Source: an uncultured virus (IMG/VR IMGVR_UViG_3300009154_000046)
Lineage: Duplodnaviria; Heunggongvirae; Uroviricota; Caudoviricetes
Length of the DNA stretch: 20,000 nucleotides
Reading direction: 5' to 3' (one strand)
Virus record (IMG/VR): IMGVR_UViG_3300009154_000046
Coordinates: 55,076-75,075 of that record
In this document: positions 1-8,292 of the stretch, piece by piece
Layout of the letters: each line of letters opens with the position of its first letter
Position numbering within the stretch: position 1 is the stretch's first letter
Notes under the pieces: model-generated
What the model was told of the DNA's origin: nothing
Seen by the model: only the letters and a program-made list of their open reading frames with translations
Databases searched by the model: none
Made by a program: the position numbers and the translations under genes

Positions 1-136
1 TTTTTTCTGCCCACTTTTTTTCCAATTCAACAGTTAAATTACCTTTTGTTAATCTAGGCATTTCATCGGCCGATAACCATTCAATTAATGCCGATATATC
101 GTTTTTATCAATAGTATCACTAACTAGTTTTATCAT
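1..136 (-). CDS. N-terminal part of a DegT/DnrJ/EryC1/StrS-family PLP enzyme, ColD/RfbH-like (3-dehydratase type); runs off the window
   Basis: Not in the ORF track. Manual translation from ATG at 136 gives MIKLVSDTIDKNDISALIEWLSADEMPRLTKGNLTVELEKKWAEK..., resembling the N-terminus of ColD/RfbH-type DegT proteins. It lies directly downstream of the fcl/colC-like gene. Confidence 0.65.
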   Translation of the reverse strand, partial: MIKLVSDTIDKNDISALIEWLSADEMPRLTKGNLTVELEKKWAEK

Positions 137-140
137 AACA

Positions 141-172
141 CAAATATATGAATAATTTTTTAAAATTCCAAA
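141..172 (-). promoter_or_regulatory. Bacteroidota-type housekeeping promoter (-33 TTTG / -7 TAnnTTTG)
   Basis: Minus strand reads TTTG(172-169)-N20-TATATTTG(148-141), matching the Bacteroides/Flavobacterium consensus and spacing. It ends 4 nt upstream of the ATG at 136. Confidence 0.7.
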
Positions 173-1071
173 TTAATATTATTATATGTTTTTTTAATCC
201 CATTAAATAAAGATAATGGATTAAAATTTGGAATAACTTTTTTCAATAATTCTATTGATATATCTTTTTGATATTGCCCATCAGGTAAGTTTGTATCAAA
301 TTTTATTTCTAAATCATTCATATTGCAAGCTTCTAAAGCAATGTTAGCTATTTCTCTTATTGAAAGTATTTCATTTGTGGCAACGTTCATATTATCATAT
401 ATTCCATTTTCCATACAATATTTTATAACATATGCCAAATCATCCGCATGCATAAATTGTCTTAAAGGATTCCCTGTACCAAATAATATTATACTGCTCT
501 GATTAGTTTTTTTAGCAATATAAATTTTTTTAATGAGAGATGCTACAAAGTGACTGTTATCACCATACTTATCATATTCGCCATATAAATTGCAAGGTAT
601 GAGGTATTGATAATTTAAACCATATTGCTTATTATATGCATCGGTTTGAACTGCTAAGCATCTTTTAGCATATGCGTATGAAAAATTAGTCGGAGTTGGT
701 GGGCCGGAATGAAGTACACTTTCTGTCATTGGATACGAATCAACAATATCCGGATAAATACAACTACTTAATATTCCTATAAATCTTTCTATGCCAAATT
801 CATATACAGACTCTAATAATAATGTATTCATTAAAATATTTTCATTGAAATATTGAACTGGATATTTTATATTATCGAGTATACCCCCAACCTTTGCTGC
901 TAAATGTATAACCATATCGGGCTCATAACGATATAATAGATTATCAATTTCTTTCTTTGAAGTTAAATTACAATCTTTTGATGATAAATAAATTGCATCT
1001 GGTAAAATATTTTTTAAAGATTTACCAACAAGGCCAGTTCCGCCTGTAACTAATATTTTTTTATATTGCAT
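160..1071 (-). CDS. fcl: GDP-L-fucose synthase / GDP-colitose synthase-like epimerase-reductase (extended SDR)
   Basis: Motifs ILVTGGTGLVG, HLAAKVGGI, SSCIYP, YAYAKR (YxxxK), PCNLYG, SHFVASLI and FGTGNPLRQFMHADDLA are all typical of the Fcl/WcaG/ColC family. Confidence 0.9.
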   Translation of the reverse strand: MQYKKILVTGGTGLVGKSLKNILPDAIYLSSKDCNLTSKKEIDNLLYRYEPDMVIHLAAKVGGILDNIKYPVQYFNENILMNTLLLESVYEFGIERFIGILSSCIYPDIVDSYPMTESVLHSGPPTPTNFSYAYAKRCLAVQTDAYNKQYGLNYQYLIPCNLYGEYDKYGDNSHFVASLIKKIYIAKKTNQSSIILFGTGNPLRQFMHADDLAYVIKYCMENGIYDNMNVATNEILSIREIANIALEACNMNDLEIKFDTNLPDGQYQKDISIELLKKVIPNFNPLSLFNGIKKTYNNINLEF

Positions 1072-1073
1072 AA

Positions 1074-1943
1074 TTATTTATTTCTAACGATATATCCATT
1101 TTCAAATCTAGTATCTATTACATTCCAATCGGGTTCATATATACTATCATATGGTGCTCCAGGCGTTTCACCACTCCATGTACCTGGACCCGATGGTCCG
1201 AACCATATACTTGGCGCATATGTAGATTTATTTTTATTTTTATTTAAGAACTGAGCCCACCAGCTGTATGTTGAGTTTGATATAATATTAGTATTACACA
1301 TACTCATTAGCCACATTTCTTCATAATTCTCTAATCCAGAAACAATCCTCATATTTTTAAAATTCAATGTATTTGCGTATGCCTTATCATTTGAAAATAT
1401 TAACAAATTATCGTATTCCCCAATATTACTTATACATTCCTCAAAGTAAGAAATATCAGTAACAGGCAATATATGTGAAACATTAAAAAAATCACCTCTA
1501 CGAATGTGCATTGATACTGTTTTTCGACTTTGAATTTCAGGATATAATATGTTTGCTTTTTCTATAAACTCATTTGTTGGTCCAAATGTATCTTTTATTT
1601 TTTCATCATATCCCAAAAAGTTTTTCCAGCTTTCAAAGTAACCCCTAAATAAAACTGTTTTTTCAAAATTTATATTTTGATTTATAAATTTATTATAATT
1701 GAAACTATCTTCTTCAAGTAAAACATAATCACCTATATCATCTACAAATTTTAAATTTCTATAAACATTATTTATAAAATGCTGTGGCCACATATCGGGT
1801 TGATAACTATAAGATAGGTATAATTTAGTAGAAAACGCAGGCTCTATACCATATTTCCAACCTTGAGCACAAGCATGCGCTATTTGGAATAGTTGAGCTC
1901 CGAGGCCTCCACCTAAATTTGCTGTTGAGTATATTTCATTCAT
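1074..1943 (-). CDS. GT11 alpha-1,2-fucosyltransferase-like glycosyltransferase
   Basis: GGGLGAQLFQ, GYFES, MHIRRGDF (HxRRxD donor-binding motif) and MSMCNTNIISNSTYSWW. Adjacent to fcl. Confidence 0.85.
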   Translation of the reverse strand: MNEIYSTANLGGGLGAQLFQIAHACAQGWKYGIEPAFSTKLYLSYSYQPDMWPQHFINNVYRNLKFVDDIGDYVLLEEDSFNYNKFINQNINFEKTVLFRGYFESWKNFLGYDEKIKDTFGPTNEFIEKANILYPEIQSRKTVSMHIRRGDFFNVSHILPVTDISYFEECISNIGEYDNLLIFSNDKAYANTLNFKNMRIVSGLENYEEMWLMSMCNTNIISNSTYSWWAQFLNKNKNKSTYAPSIWFGPSGPGTWSGETPGAPYDSIYEPDWNVIDTRFENGYIVRNK

Positions 1944-1958
1944 TTTTATATATTTAAT

Positions 1959-2720
1959 TTAATTATTTAAGTAATGATTTATTAAATCGGATAAATTTTT
2001 GGCAGTTGGACGTGCGTTTACATTAAAATCTATAAATTGTTCTCTAGTTCGTTTATGGTCTAAATCATCTCCTGGATTAGAATTTGGATTTAATTTACTT
2101 TTAAAAGATAATTTTCTTTTTAAAGTTATTTCGTTTAATGGGCAATATCCATAATATAAAATAGCAAAATCGGTTGTATATGGTTTGTATATATGTTGAT
2201 TTTGTGGTGTATTAAAATGCCTACCAGCGCCACCCAAATATTTTACATAATCTAAATTAAAATTATGCATGGACCTACCAAATCTATAAAATCCGTTTTC
2301 AAAAGGGCTTTGTCCCCAATGGCGTTCTTTAATCAAATCTTCTTTAATTTCAGTAAATTCCGTATCTGGCATATCTACCATAAGATATTGTGGTATTATG
2401 AATTGTGTTGGATTAGTTATATAATTCAATATATCGTATTTGCCTAATAAAAATTCAGTAGTATTTAAACATATTTTAAATCCATCAATTTCCGATTCTA
2501 ATTCGCTTACTTCGGAATCTACAGCAACGGCTTCAAAATAAGAATTTCGACTTGTAACAACCTTCCAATCTGGACATATTTCTTTTATTATTTCAACGCT
2601 TCTATCTGTGGAGTTATAATCAATTAGAATACCATAATCAAAATATTTTTTATGATATTTTAACCAGTGTGGTAACAAATATTCTTCATTATAGAAGTGA
2701 CTTATAATTGTTTTTTTCAT
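1959..2720 (-). CDS. GT-A fold glycosyltransferase (GT2-like, Glyco_tranf_2_4 type)
   Basis: N-terminal IISHFYNEEYLLPHWLKYH...ILIDYNSTDRSVEII. The position normally holding DxDEF reads NTTEF. Confidence 0.7.
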   Translation of the reverse strand: MKKTIISHFYNEEYLLPHWLKYHKKYFDYGILIDYNSTDRSVEIIKEICPDWKVVTSRNSYFEAVAVDSEVSELESEIDGFKICLNTTEFLLGKYDILNYITNPTQFIIPQYLMVDMPDTEFTEIKEDLIKERHWGQSPFENGFYRFGRSMHNFNLDYVKYLGGAGRHFNTPQNQHIYKPYTTDFAILYYGYCPLNEITLKRKLSFKSKLNPNSNPGDDLDHKRTREQFIDFNVNARPTAKNLSDLINHYLNN

Positions 2721-2726
2721 TTTTTA

Positions 2727-3962
2727 TTAATTAATTTTTTGTATAAAAAATTCTGGAAAATATTGTATGAATAAATCATCGGATATGTTTCTTTTTTGCT
2801 TAATCCTTTTACAAATTTCATTGAAAAAATTCCAAGCAAGTGGAACAAATACAACTTTTGCGGTTTTATCCAATTCTTCTAAATAAGAAGGATTGTATAT
2901 GGGTATATCCATACCAGGCGTTAATAATCCTTGTTTTAATGGATTATCATCTATTATACAATCAAGTTCAATTTTTGTAAAATTTAGTAAAGTATTTCCT
3001 TTCGCTGCAGCGCCATACCCTATTAATGTATATCCATCATTTTTAAACTCTAATAATCTTTGCTTTAATGAGAAAGCTGCTTTATAGCATTTCATTGAAT
3101 ATTCAGGATATGTAAGAATGTTATAAAGACCATTTGCTTTTTCATTTTCATATTGAATATGTAAATTATCAGATATTTCGTTTTTATGAGAAATAATGAA
3201 TACATAGCTAGTTCCATGTATATCTGTCTTTTTTACATCAACCAGATTCAATCCGGCTCGTTTAACTAAAGTCATCATTGAATTGATATTAAAAAAAGAT
3301 AAGTGTTCGTGATATATTGTATCAAATTCATTATTTATTACCATATTTGCTTGAGAAGTTTGTATAAACAACTTCCCATCGGTAGCTAATATTTCTGAAC
3401 ATGCTTTTAGAAAATCATATGTAAACCTAGTATGAGCAAAAACATTTTGTGCTGTAATAATATCAAATTTAGTATCTTCAAGCTTTTTTACTGTTACGGT
3501 ATTAAAGTAATCGCAAATTATATTGTGGCCTTTTTCTACGGAGTCATTATATAAATTTTCAGCAGGGTCTATTCCATAAGTTTCCAATCCCAATCTCTTA
3601 TATGAATCTAATTGAGTTCCATCATTGCAAGCAATATCTAAAACTTTTTTTGCATTTGGAACTTGCTCAAGTGTTATTTTTGCAAAGAAATCAAAATAAT
3701 CTTTCAAAGTTTTTGTTGTACCACTTACATAAAGATAATTTTTAAACATTAAATCAGGATTTACCGCATGGCTTAATTGTAAATGATAGCAATTGGTACA
3801 TAGATTTAATTTTAAAGGATATTCATCCAATAAATCGCCTTTATGATAATCATTTGCCAATGGCTGTTTGCCTAAATCAATAATCGTTTTTAGATTAGTT
3901 GAACTACCACATGCTAAGCACTCATCATTGGCTATACATTTTTTTGAAAATTCGTTAAACAT
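2727..3962 (-). CDS. NDP-sugar C-methyltransferase (SAM-dependent, Zn-binding; TcaB9/EryBIII-like)
   Basis: N-terminal CLACG...DLGKQPLAN...LCTNC...QL Zn module, SAM motif VLDIACNDG, NVFAH, YHEHLSFF, and C-terminal GYGAAAKGNT and LAWNF. Confidence 0.85.
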   Translation of the reverse strand: MFNEFSKKCIANDECLACGSSTNLKTIIDLGKQPLANDYHKGDLLDEYPLKLNLCTNCYHLQLSHAVNPDLMFKNYLYVSGTTKTLKDYFDFFAKITLEQVPNAKKVLDIACNDGTQLDSYKRLGLETYGIDPAENLYNDSVEKGHNIICDYFNTVTVKKLEDTKFDIITAQNVFAHTRFTYDFLKACSEILATDGKLFIQTSQANMVINNEFDTIYHEHLSFFNINSMMTLVKRAGLNLVDVKKTDIHGTSYVFIISHKNEISDNLHIQYENEKANGLYNILTYPEYSMKCYKAAFSLKQRLLEFKNDGYTLIGYGAAAKGNTLLNFTKIELDCIIDDNPLKQGLLTPGMDIPIYNPSYLEELDKTAKVVFVPLAWNFFNEICKRIKQKRNISDDLFIQYFPEFFIQKIN

Positions 3963-4878
3963 AATGTTTTATATTGTTTCTATTTGTAAATTTTGATTTA
4001 TTATTTGTTTCTATTAATTCTAAAACTATACTTTCCGGTGTTTCTTGAAATTTATAGTTAAATGTTTCTGAAAACTTTTCGGAATTTATAGAAAAATTAT
4101 AGTATTTAGGTTTAATATCTCCCGTTGCACTTGGGTCGGAATTATAATCCAATACCTTTACTCCTGTAATCTTGCCAACCATATATGCAAGTTTTTCAGC
4201 GGTACTATTAAATGATGCCAAATTATAAATTCCCCTGCAATCTTCAGTCGTTTCTATTATTTTTTGAATTGCTCTTGATAAATCACTTATACCAAGAATA
4301 GGCCTTATTATATCTTTAATGTATAATTGTATTTCTCCTTTATTTAAGGCACTGTAAGTCATTGAATTTAACATAACATCGTTTCTTATGTGAGATGCTG
4401 CGCCATTAACTGTACCAAATCGTAATCCGTAATATTCAATATCATATAGATTTGCATATAAATCTATAATATATTTTGTGGTATCGTAGTGGTTGTGTTG
4501 TACAAAGTTTGTAAAACTTTCATTTACGCATTTATCCGCAACATTTCCATAAACAGAAGAACTACTTGCATATATAAACTTTTGTTTCTTTGAAAGCTTA
4601 GGTAAAAGATTAACGAAGTTTCTTACATTGTTATTAAAGCTATATTGCGGATTACCTTCGCACATCTTTACGCTAGAATGAGCTGCTAATAAAATTACAA
4701 CATCAAACTTATGTATTGTTGATTCTTGCAATTCATTGTAATCAATAGTATGACACCCATCTGGCACATCGCTGAACCAGCATAAATCCACATTTGTTAT
4801 ATCATACCGATTACGATAATCTTCTATTAGTCGGGTTCCAATATAGCCACTCCCACCAATTATTAAAAGTTTTTTCAT
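3955..4878 (-). CDS. NAD-dependent sugar epimerase/dehydratase/reductase (extended SDR)
   Basis: IIGGSGYIG Rossmann motif, YASSSSVYG, YDTTK (YxxxK) and LRFGTVNG. Overlaps the C-methyltransferase start by 8 nt. Confidence 0.8.
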   Translation of the reverse strand: MKKLLIIGGSGYIGTRLIEDYRNRYDITNVDLCWFSDVPDGCHTIDYNELQESTIHKFDVVILLAAHSSVKMCEGNPQYSFNNNVRNFVNLLPKLSKKQKFIYASSSSVYGNVADKCVNESFTNFVQHNHYDTTKYIIDLYANLYDIEYYGLRFGTVNGAASHIRNDVMLNSMTYSALNKGEIQLYIKDIIRPILGISDLSRAIQKIIETTEDCRGIYNLASFNSTAEKLAYMVGKITGVKVLDYNSDPSATGDIKPKYYNFSINSEKFSETFNYKFQETPESIVLELIETNNKSKFTNRNNIKHYV

Positions 4879-5457
4879 TTATTTATTATTTTTAGGAGTA
4901 TATGAAACATTACATATACCACCATATCCTTTGATTCTATCCAATTTTTCCCAATCGCTTTTCAACAATCCAATGTGAATACTATCAAGCCATTCTCCAC
5001 ATTTGTATATTGATTTTCTTCTAACTCCCTCTTTTGTAAAGCCAACATACTCCGCTGATTTCATACTAGCTATGTTATTCTCTAATACTTGCCCGTCAAT
5101 TCTATTCATATTTAAAACTTCAAACGCAAAATCAGTACCGGCGCATAAAACTGGTTTTGAAAAGCCCTTACCTCTATGTGATTTGAATACATCGTGCGAT
5201 GAATCATATGTCCTGTTATACCAATCAATGTTTTGAATCTTATACAACCCAACTCGTTCATCCGATGAAGCTTCAATACCAATTAAAATTAAATGAGTTT
5301 TGCTATTTAAAGATTCAAACCAACGTTGCTGGTCTAAATCATTTAGAAAATTAATATTATGAGTACCAAACCACGATTCATTTTTAAGTTCCTTTAATAG
5401 TGGTAAGTCTTCTCTTTCAAGCTTTCGTAATGCGATTCCCTCTTTGTGTATATACAT
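4879..5457 (-). CDS. GNAT N-acyltransferase (RimJ/RimL, PseH-like)
   Basis: LRKLEREDL, HRGKGFS (CoA-binding motif A), AFEVLNMNRI, VLENNIAS and GFTKEGVRR. Confidence 0.8.
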   Translation of the reverse strand: MYIHKEGIALRKLEREDLPLLKELKNESWFGTHNINFLNDLDQQRWFESLNSKTHLILIGIEASSDERVGLYKIQNIDWYNRTYDSSHDVFKSHRGKGFSKPVLCAGTDFAFEVLNMNRIDGQVLENNIASMKSAEYVGFTKEGVRRKSIYKCGEWLDSIHIGLLKSDWEKLDRIKGYGGICNVSYTPKNNK

Positions 5458-5458
5458 T

Positions 5459-6103
5459 TTAAAGTCCTCCGTCTATTCTTAAATTAGTTCCACAAATATA
5501 TTCGTTTTCAATTATAAAATTGATAGTATTATATAATTCTTCCATAGATCCCCAGCGTTTTAGTCCAATTTTATCCTTTGCCATTTCTTGATATTTTTTT
5601 TCAACTCTATAACACATGCCACCATCCCAATATCCTAGCTGAATTGTATTACAAGTTATACCATACTTAATATTTTCTTTATTTGCGGTTGCTATCAATC
5701 TATCTACAAATGCCTTTGAAGCGCAATAGATTGAATTTTTTGGTACATTTAGTTCTGAAAAAACCGAAGATATTGCAATTACTCTACCGTATTTTTTTTC
5801 AATCATTTTGGGAAGACATCCTGCCAATATGTTAATATTACCTTTCATATTAACATCCATCATAGAATCAATTTCATTGATATCGGCCGCATCTATCTTA
5901 CTCAAGAATACATCATATTTTTTCCCACTCATATTTAATACAATATCAATATCATTGGAATTAAAAAACTTTTTAGTTTGCTCCAGTGATGTAATATCAA
6001 CTTCTCTACTACTGATTGGGATTATTTGATATTTTTTTTCTAATAGAGGAATTAGCTTTTGTCCTAAACCACCACTAGCTCCAAATATAACCATTTTTTT
6101 CAT
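5459..6103 (-). CDS. Classical SDR oxidoreductase, FabG/PhaB-like 3-oxoacyl reductase
   Basis: FGASGGLG, GRVIAISS, YCASK (YxxxK) and C-terminal GTNLRIDGG. Adjacent to fabH. Confidence 0.7.
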   Translation of the reverse strand: MKKMVIFGASGGLGQKLIPLLEKKYQIIPISSREVDITSLEQTKKFFNSNDIDIVLNMSGKKYDVFLSKIDAADINEIDSMMDVNMKGNINILAGCLPKMIEKKYGRVIAISSVFSELNVPKNSIYCASKAFVDRLIATANKENIKYGITCNTIQLGYWDGGMCYRVEKKYQEMAKDKIGLKRWGSMEELYNTINFIIENEYICGTNLRIDGGL

Positions 6104-6109
6104 ATTATA

Positions 6110-7045
6110 CTATTTAATATATTTTAAAACACTTACACCCCATGTCCAACCAGAACCTACTGCTGGCATTACTAATATGTTTCCATTTTTTAATTTATTT
6201 TCTCTATATAAACAATCTAATGCCATTGGGATTGATGCTCCTGCTGTATTACCAAAATTGCCCATATTGAATATAACTTTATCATTTGGAAAATTTAAAA
6301 TTTCGGATGTTTTAAATAATACTCTATGTCCCGGCTGATGTGGTACTATCCAATCAATATCATTTAATGATAAATTATTTGAAAGTAATGCTTTCGTTAT
6401 TGCATCGGGTAAAACTTTCGTTGCAATATCGTAAACTGCCCTTGCATTCATTAAAAATTTTGAAGAATGATGGCATGTAAACCCTTCTTTACCTGAGCCA
6501 TCTCCATATAAATCCGTACTTATCCAAGCTCCATTCACATTTGATATAATCACAGCGCCTGCGCCATCTCCAAAAAATACACAATTCCTATCATTCCAAT
6601 CTGTTATTTTAGAATAAGCATCTGCTCCAACTAATAATATGTTCTTATATTGTTTTGTTGAAATTAAATTGGTAGCTAATTGTATTCCATAAACGAATCC
6701 ACTACATACCGCATTAATATCAAATGCTGGACATTTAATATCCAATTTATTAGCTAATATACATGCGGTTGATGGCGATATTCTATCCGGACTTGAGGTT
6801 GCTAATATAATTAAATCAATATCATTCTTATTTATACCCGAGTCGGTAATTGCAGAAATTGAAGCATGGTATGCCAAATCCGATGGTAGTTCATCCACTA
6901 CATTTCGTCTTTGTTTTATTCCTAAATTTTTATAAGTCCAATCCGAATTTGTTCCTATATTTAGGAAATCAATATTTTCATTTGATACTATTTTTTCAGG
7001 AACATACGAGCCTATACCAACTATACCAACATTTTGAATTTTCAT
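6110..7045 (-). CDS. fabH: 3-oxoacyl-ACP synthase III (FabH/KAS III family)
   Basis: GIGSYVPEKIVSN, GIKQRR, AFDINAVCSGF (catalytic Cys), FGDGAGA, VPHQ (His), GNTAGASIP (Asn) and GSGWTWG. Confidence 0.9.
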   Translation of the reverse strand: MKIQNVGIVGIGSYVPEKIVSNENIDFLNIGTNSDWTYKNLGIKQRRNVVDELPSDLAYHASISAITDSGINKNDIDLIILATSSPDRISPSTACILANKLDIKCPAFDINAVCSGFVYGIQLATNLISTKQYKNILLVGADAYSKITDWNDRNCVFFGDGAGAVIISNVNGAWISTDLYGDGSGKEGFTCHHSSKFLMNARAVYDIATKVLPDAITKALLSNNLSLNDIDWIVPHQPGHRVLFKTSEILNFPNDKVIFNMGNFGNTAGASIPMALDCLYRENKLKNGNILVMPAVGSGWTWGVSVLKYIK

Positions 7046-7059
7046 TATGTTTATTTTAA

Positions 7060-7091
7060 CAAATATATGTAAAATATATCAAATTACCAAA
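7060..7091 (-). promoter_or_regulatory. Bacteroidota-type promoter upstream of fabH
   Basis: Minus strand reads TTTG(7091-7088)-N20-TATATTTG(7067-7060), the same architecture as the 141-172 site. It sits in one of the few long intergenic gaps. Confidence 0.7.
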
Positions 7092-7097
7092 TTATTT

Positions 7098-8288
7098 TTA
7101 CCAACCTTTTTTAATACAATCAACAATATATTGTCTTTGCTCTTCCGTTACCCACCAACCAACTGGTATACATACTACTTTACCAATAGTCCTTTCTAAA
7201 TTAGGTAAATGGCTTCTAAATTCTTTAACGCAAGTATGCTTATCATTTCTTTCATGTACCTGTGATACAACTATACCACAATCTTTCATATGTTTGTAAA
7301 AGCCATTGCGGTTTTCAACTAACATAGAATATATCCAAAATGCCGAGTCGTGTCCTTTATGTCTATCTAATAGAGTAACACCATAAATTCCTTTTAAATT
7401 TTGGTCATAGAATTTTGCGTTATCTCGATGCTTACCAATTATCCATTCAGCATCTTTTAGGTTTTCAATACCAACCGTTGCACAAACATCGTTCATATGG
7501 AATTTAAAACCCCATTCCTCAATATCTGCTTCACAACGGAAGTCCTTTCTATTACCATCTCTATCAATACCATACCAACGAATTAGCTTTGCTCTATTGT
7601 AAAGTTCTTGATGTGGTAAAACTAATAGCCCACCATCAACTGCCGTAATATGTTTAATAGCTTGTAAGCTATACATAACCATATTACCGTGATTACCTAA
7701 CTTCTTATCTTTATATTCCGAACCAAATGAGTGCGCACCATCTTCAATAATAGCCGGTGCGTATCCATATATTTGCTTTGATTTTTCTTGTATAGCTTTT
7801 AATCTATCCAAATCATTCGGATAACCGCCCCAATGAACTACTATAATTGCTTTTGTTTTTGGACCTATTTTTCTTTCCAAATCATCTAAATCCATATTCA
7901 ATGTTGTAGGGTCTATATCTACCCACTTAATCGTTAAACCATTTGCTAATACTGGCCAATTTGATGCCGTACAAGTTAATGGAGTACATAGTATTTCATC
8001 TCCATCTTTTAAACCCGGCCAGAATTTATGGAGTGTAGAATATCCATCGGCCCATACGCGTGCTGATGGTTTTTTTAATAAATGCAATGCTAAATGCAAT
8101 CCGGAAGTTCCTGAATTTAATGTAACTACTTTATCTGAATTAAAATATTCTTTTAAGTTTGATTCAAACTCTTCTACTTTTGGTCCTTGTCCAATATACC
8201 CACTATCCAATATTTTTCCAACTTCTACTTTTGCGTTTGGATTCATATGAACTTTAAATAATTGTATTGGTGTTTCTACTTTTTTCAT
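7098..8288 (-). CDS. DegT/DnrJ/EryC1/StrS PLP-dependent sugar aminotransferase
   Basis: GPKVEEFE, NSGTSGLHLAL, VHWGG, IEDGAHS and YSLQAIKHITAVDGG (PLP-binding Lys). Confidence 0.9.
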   Translation of the reverse strand: MKKVETPIQLFKVHMNPNAKVEVGKILDSGYIGQGPKVEEFESNLKEYFNSDKVVTLNSGTSGLHLALHLLKKPSARVWADGYSTLHKFWPGLKDGDEILCTPLTCTASNWPVLANGLTIKWVDIDPTTLNMDLDDLERKIGPKTKAIIVVHWGGYPNDLDRLKAIQEKSKQIYGYAPAIIEDGAHSFGSEYKDKKLGNHGNMVMYSLQAIKHITAVDGGLLVLPHQELYNRAKLIRWYGIDRDGNRKDFRCEADIEEWGFKFHMNDVCATVGIENLKDAEWIIGKHRDNAKFYDQNLKGIYGVTLLDRHKGHDSAFWIYSMLVENRNGFYKHMKDCGIVVSQVHERNDKHTCVKEFRSHLPNLERTIGKVVCIPVGWWVTEEQRQYIVDCIKKGW

Positions 8289-8292
8289 ATTT

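Noticed and set aside
5459..7045. fabH/fabG as a complete fatty-acid or polyketide synthesis system
   Set aside because: No ACP, FabD, FabF, FabZ or FabI is in the window, and the flanking aminotransferase and GNAT point to sugar acylation.
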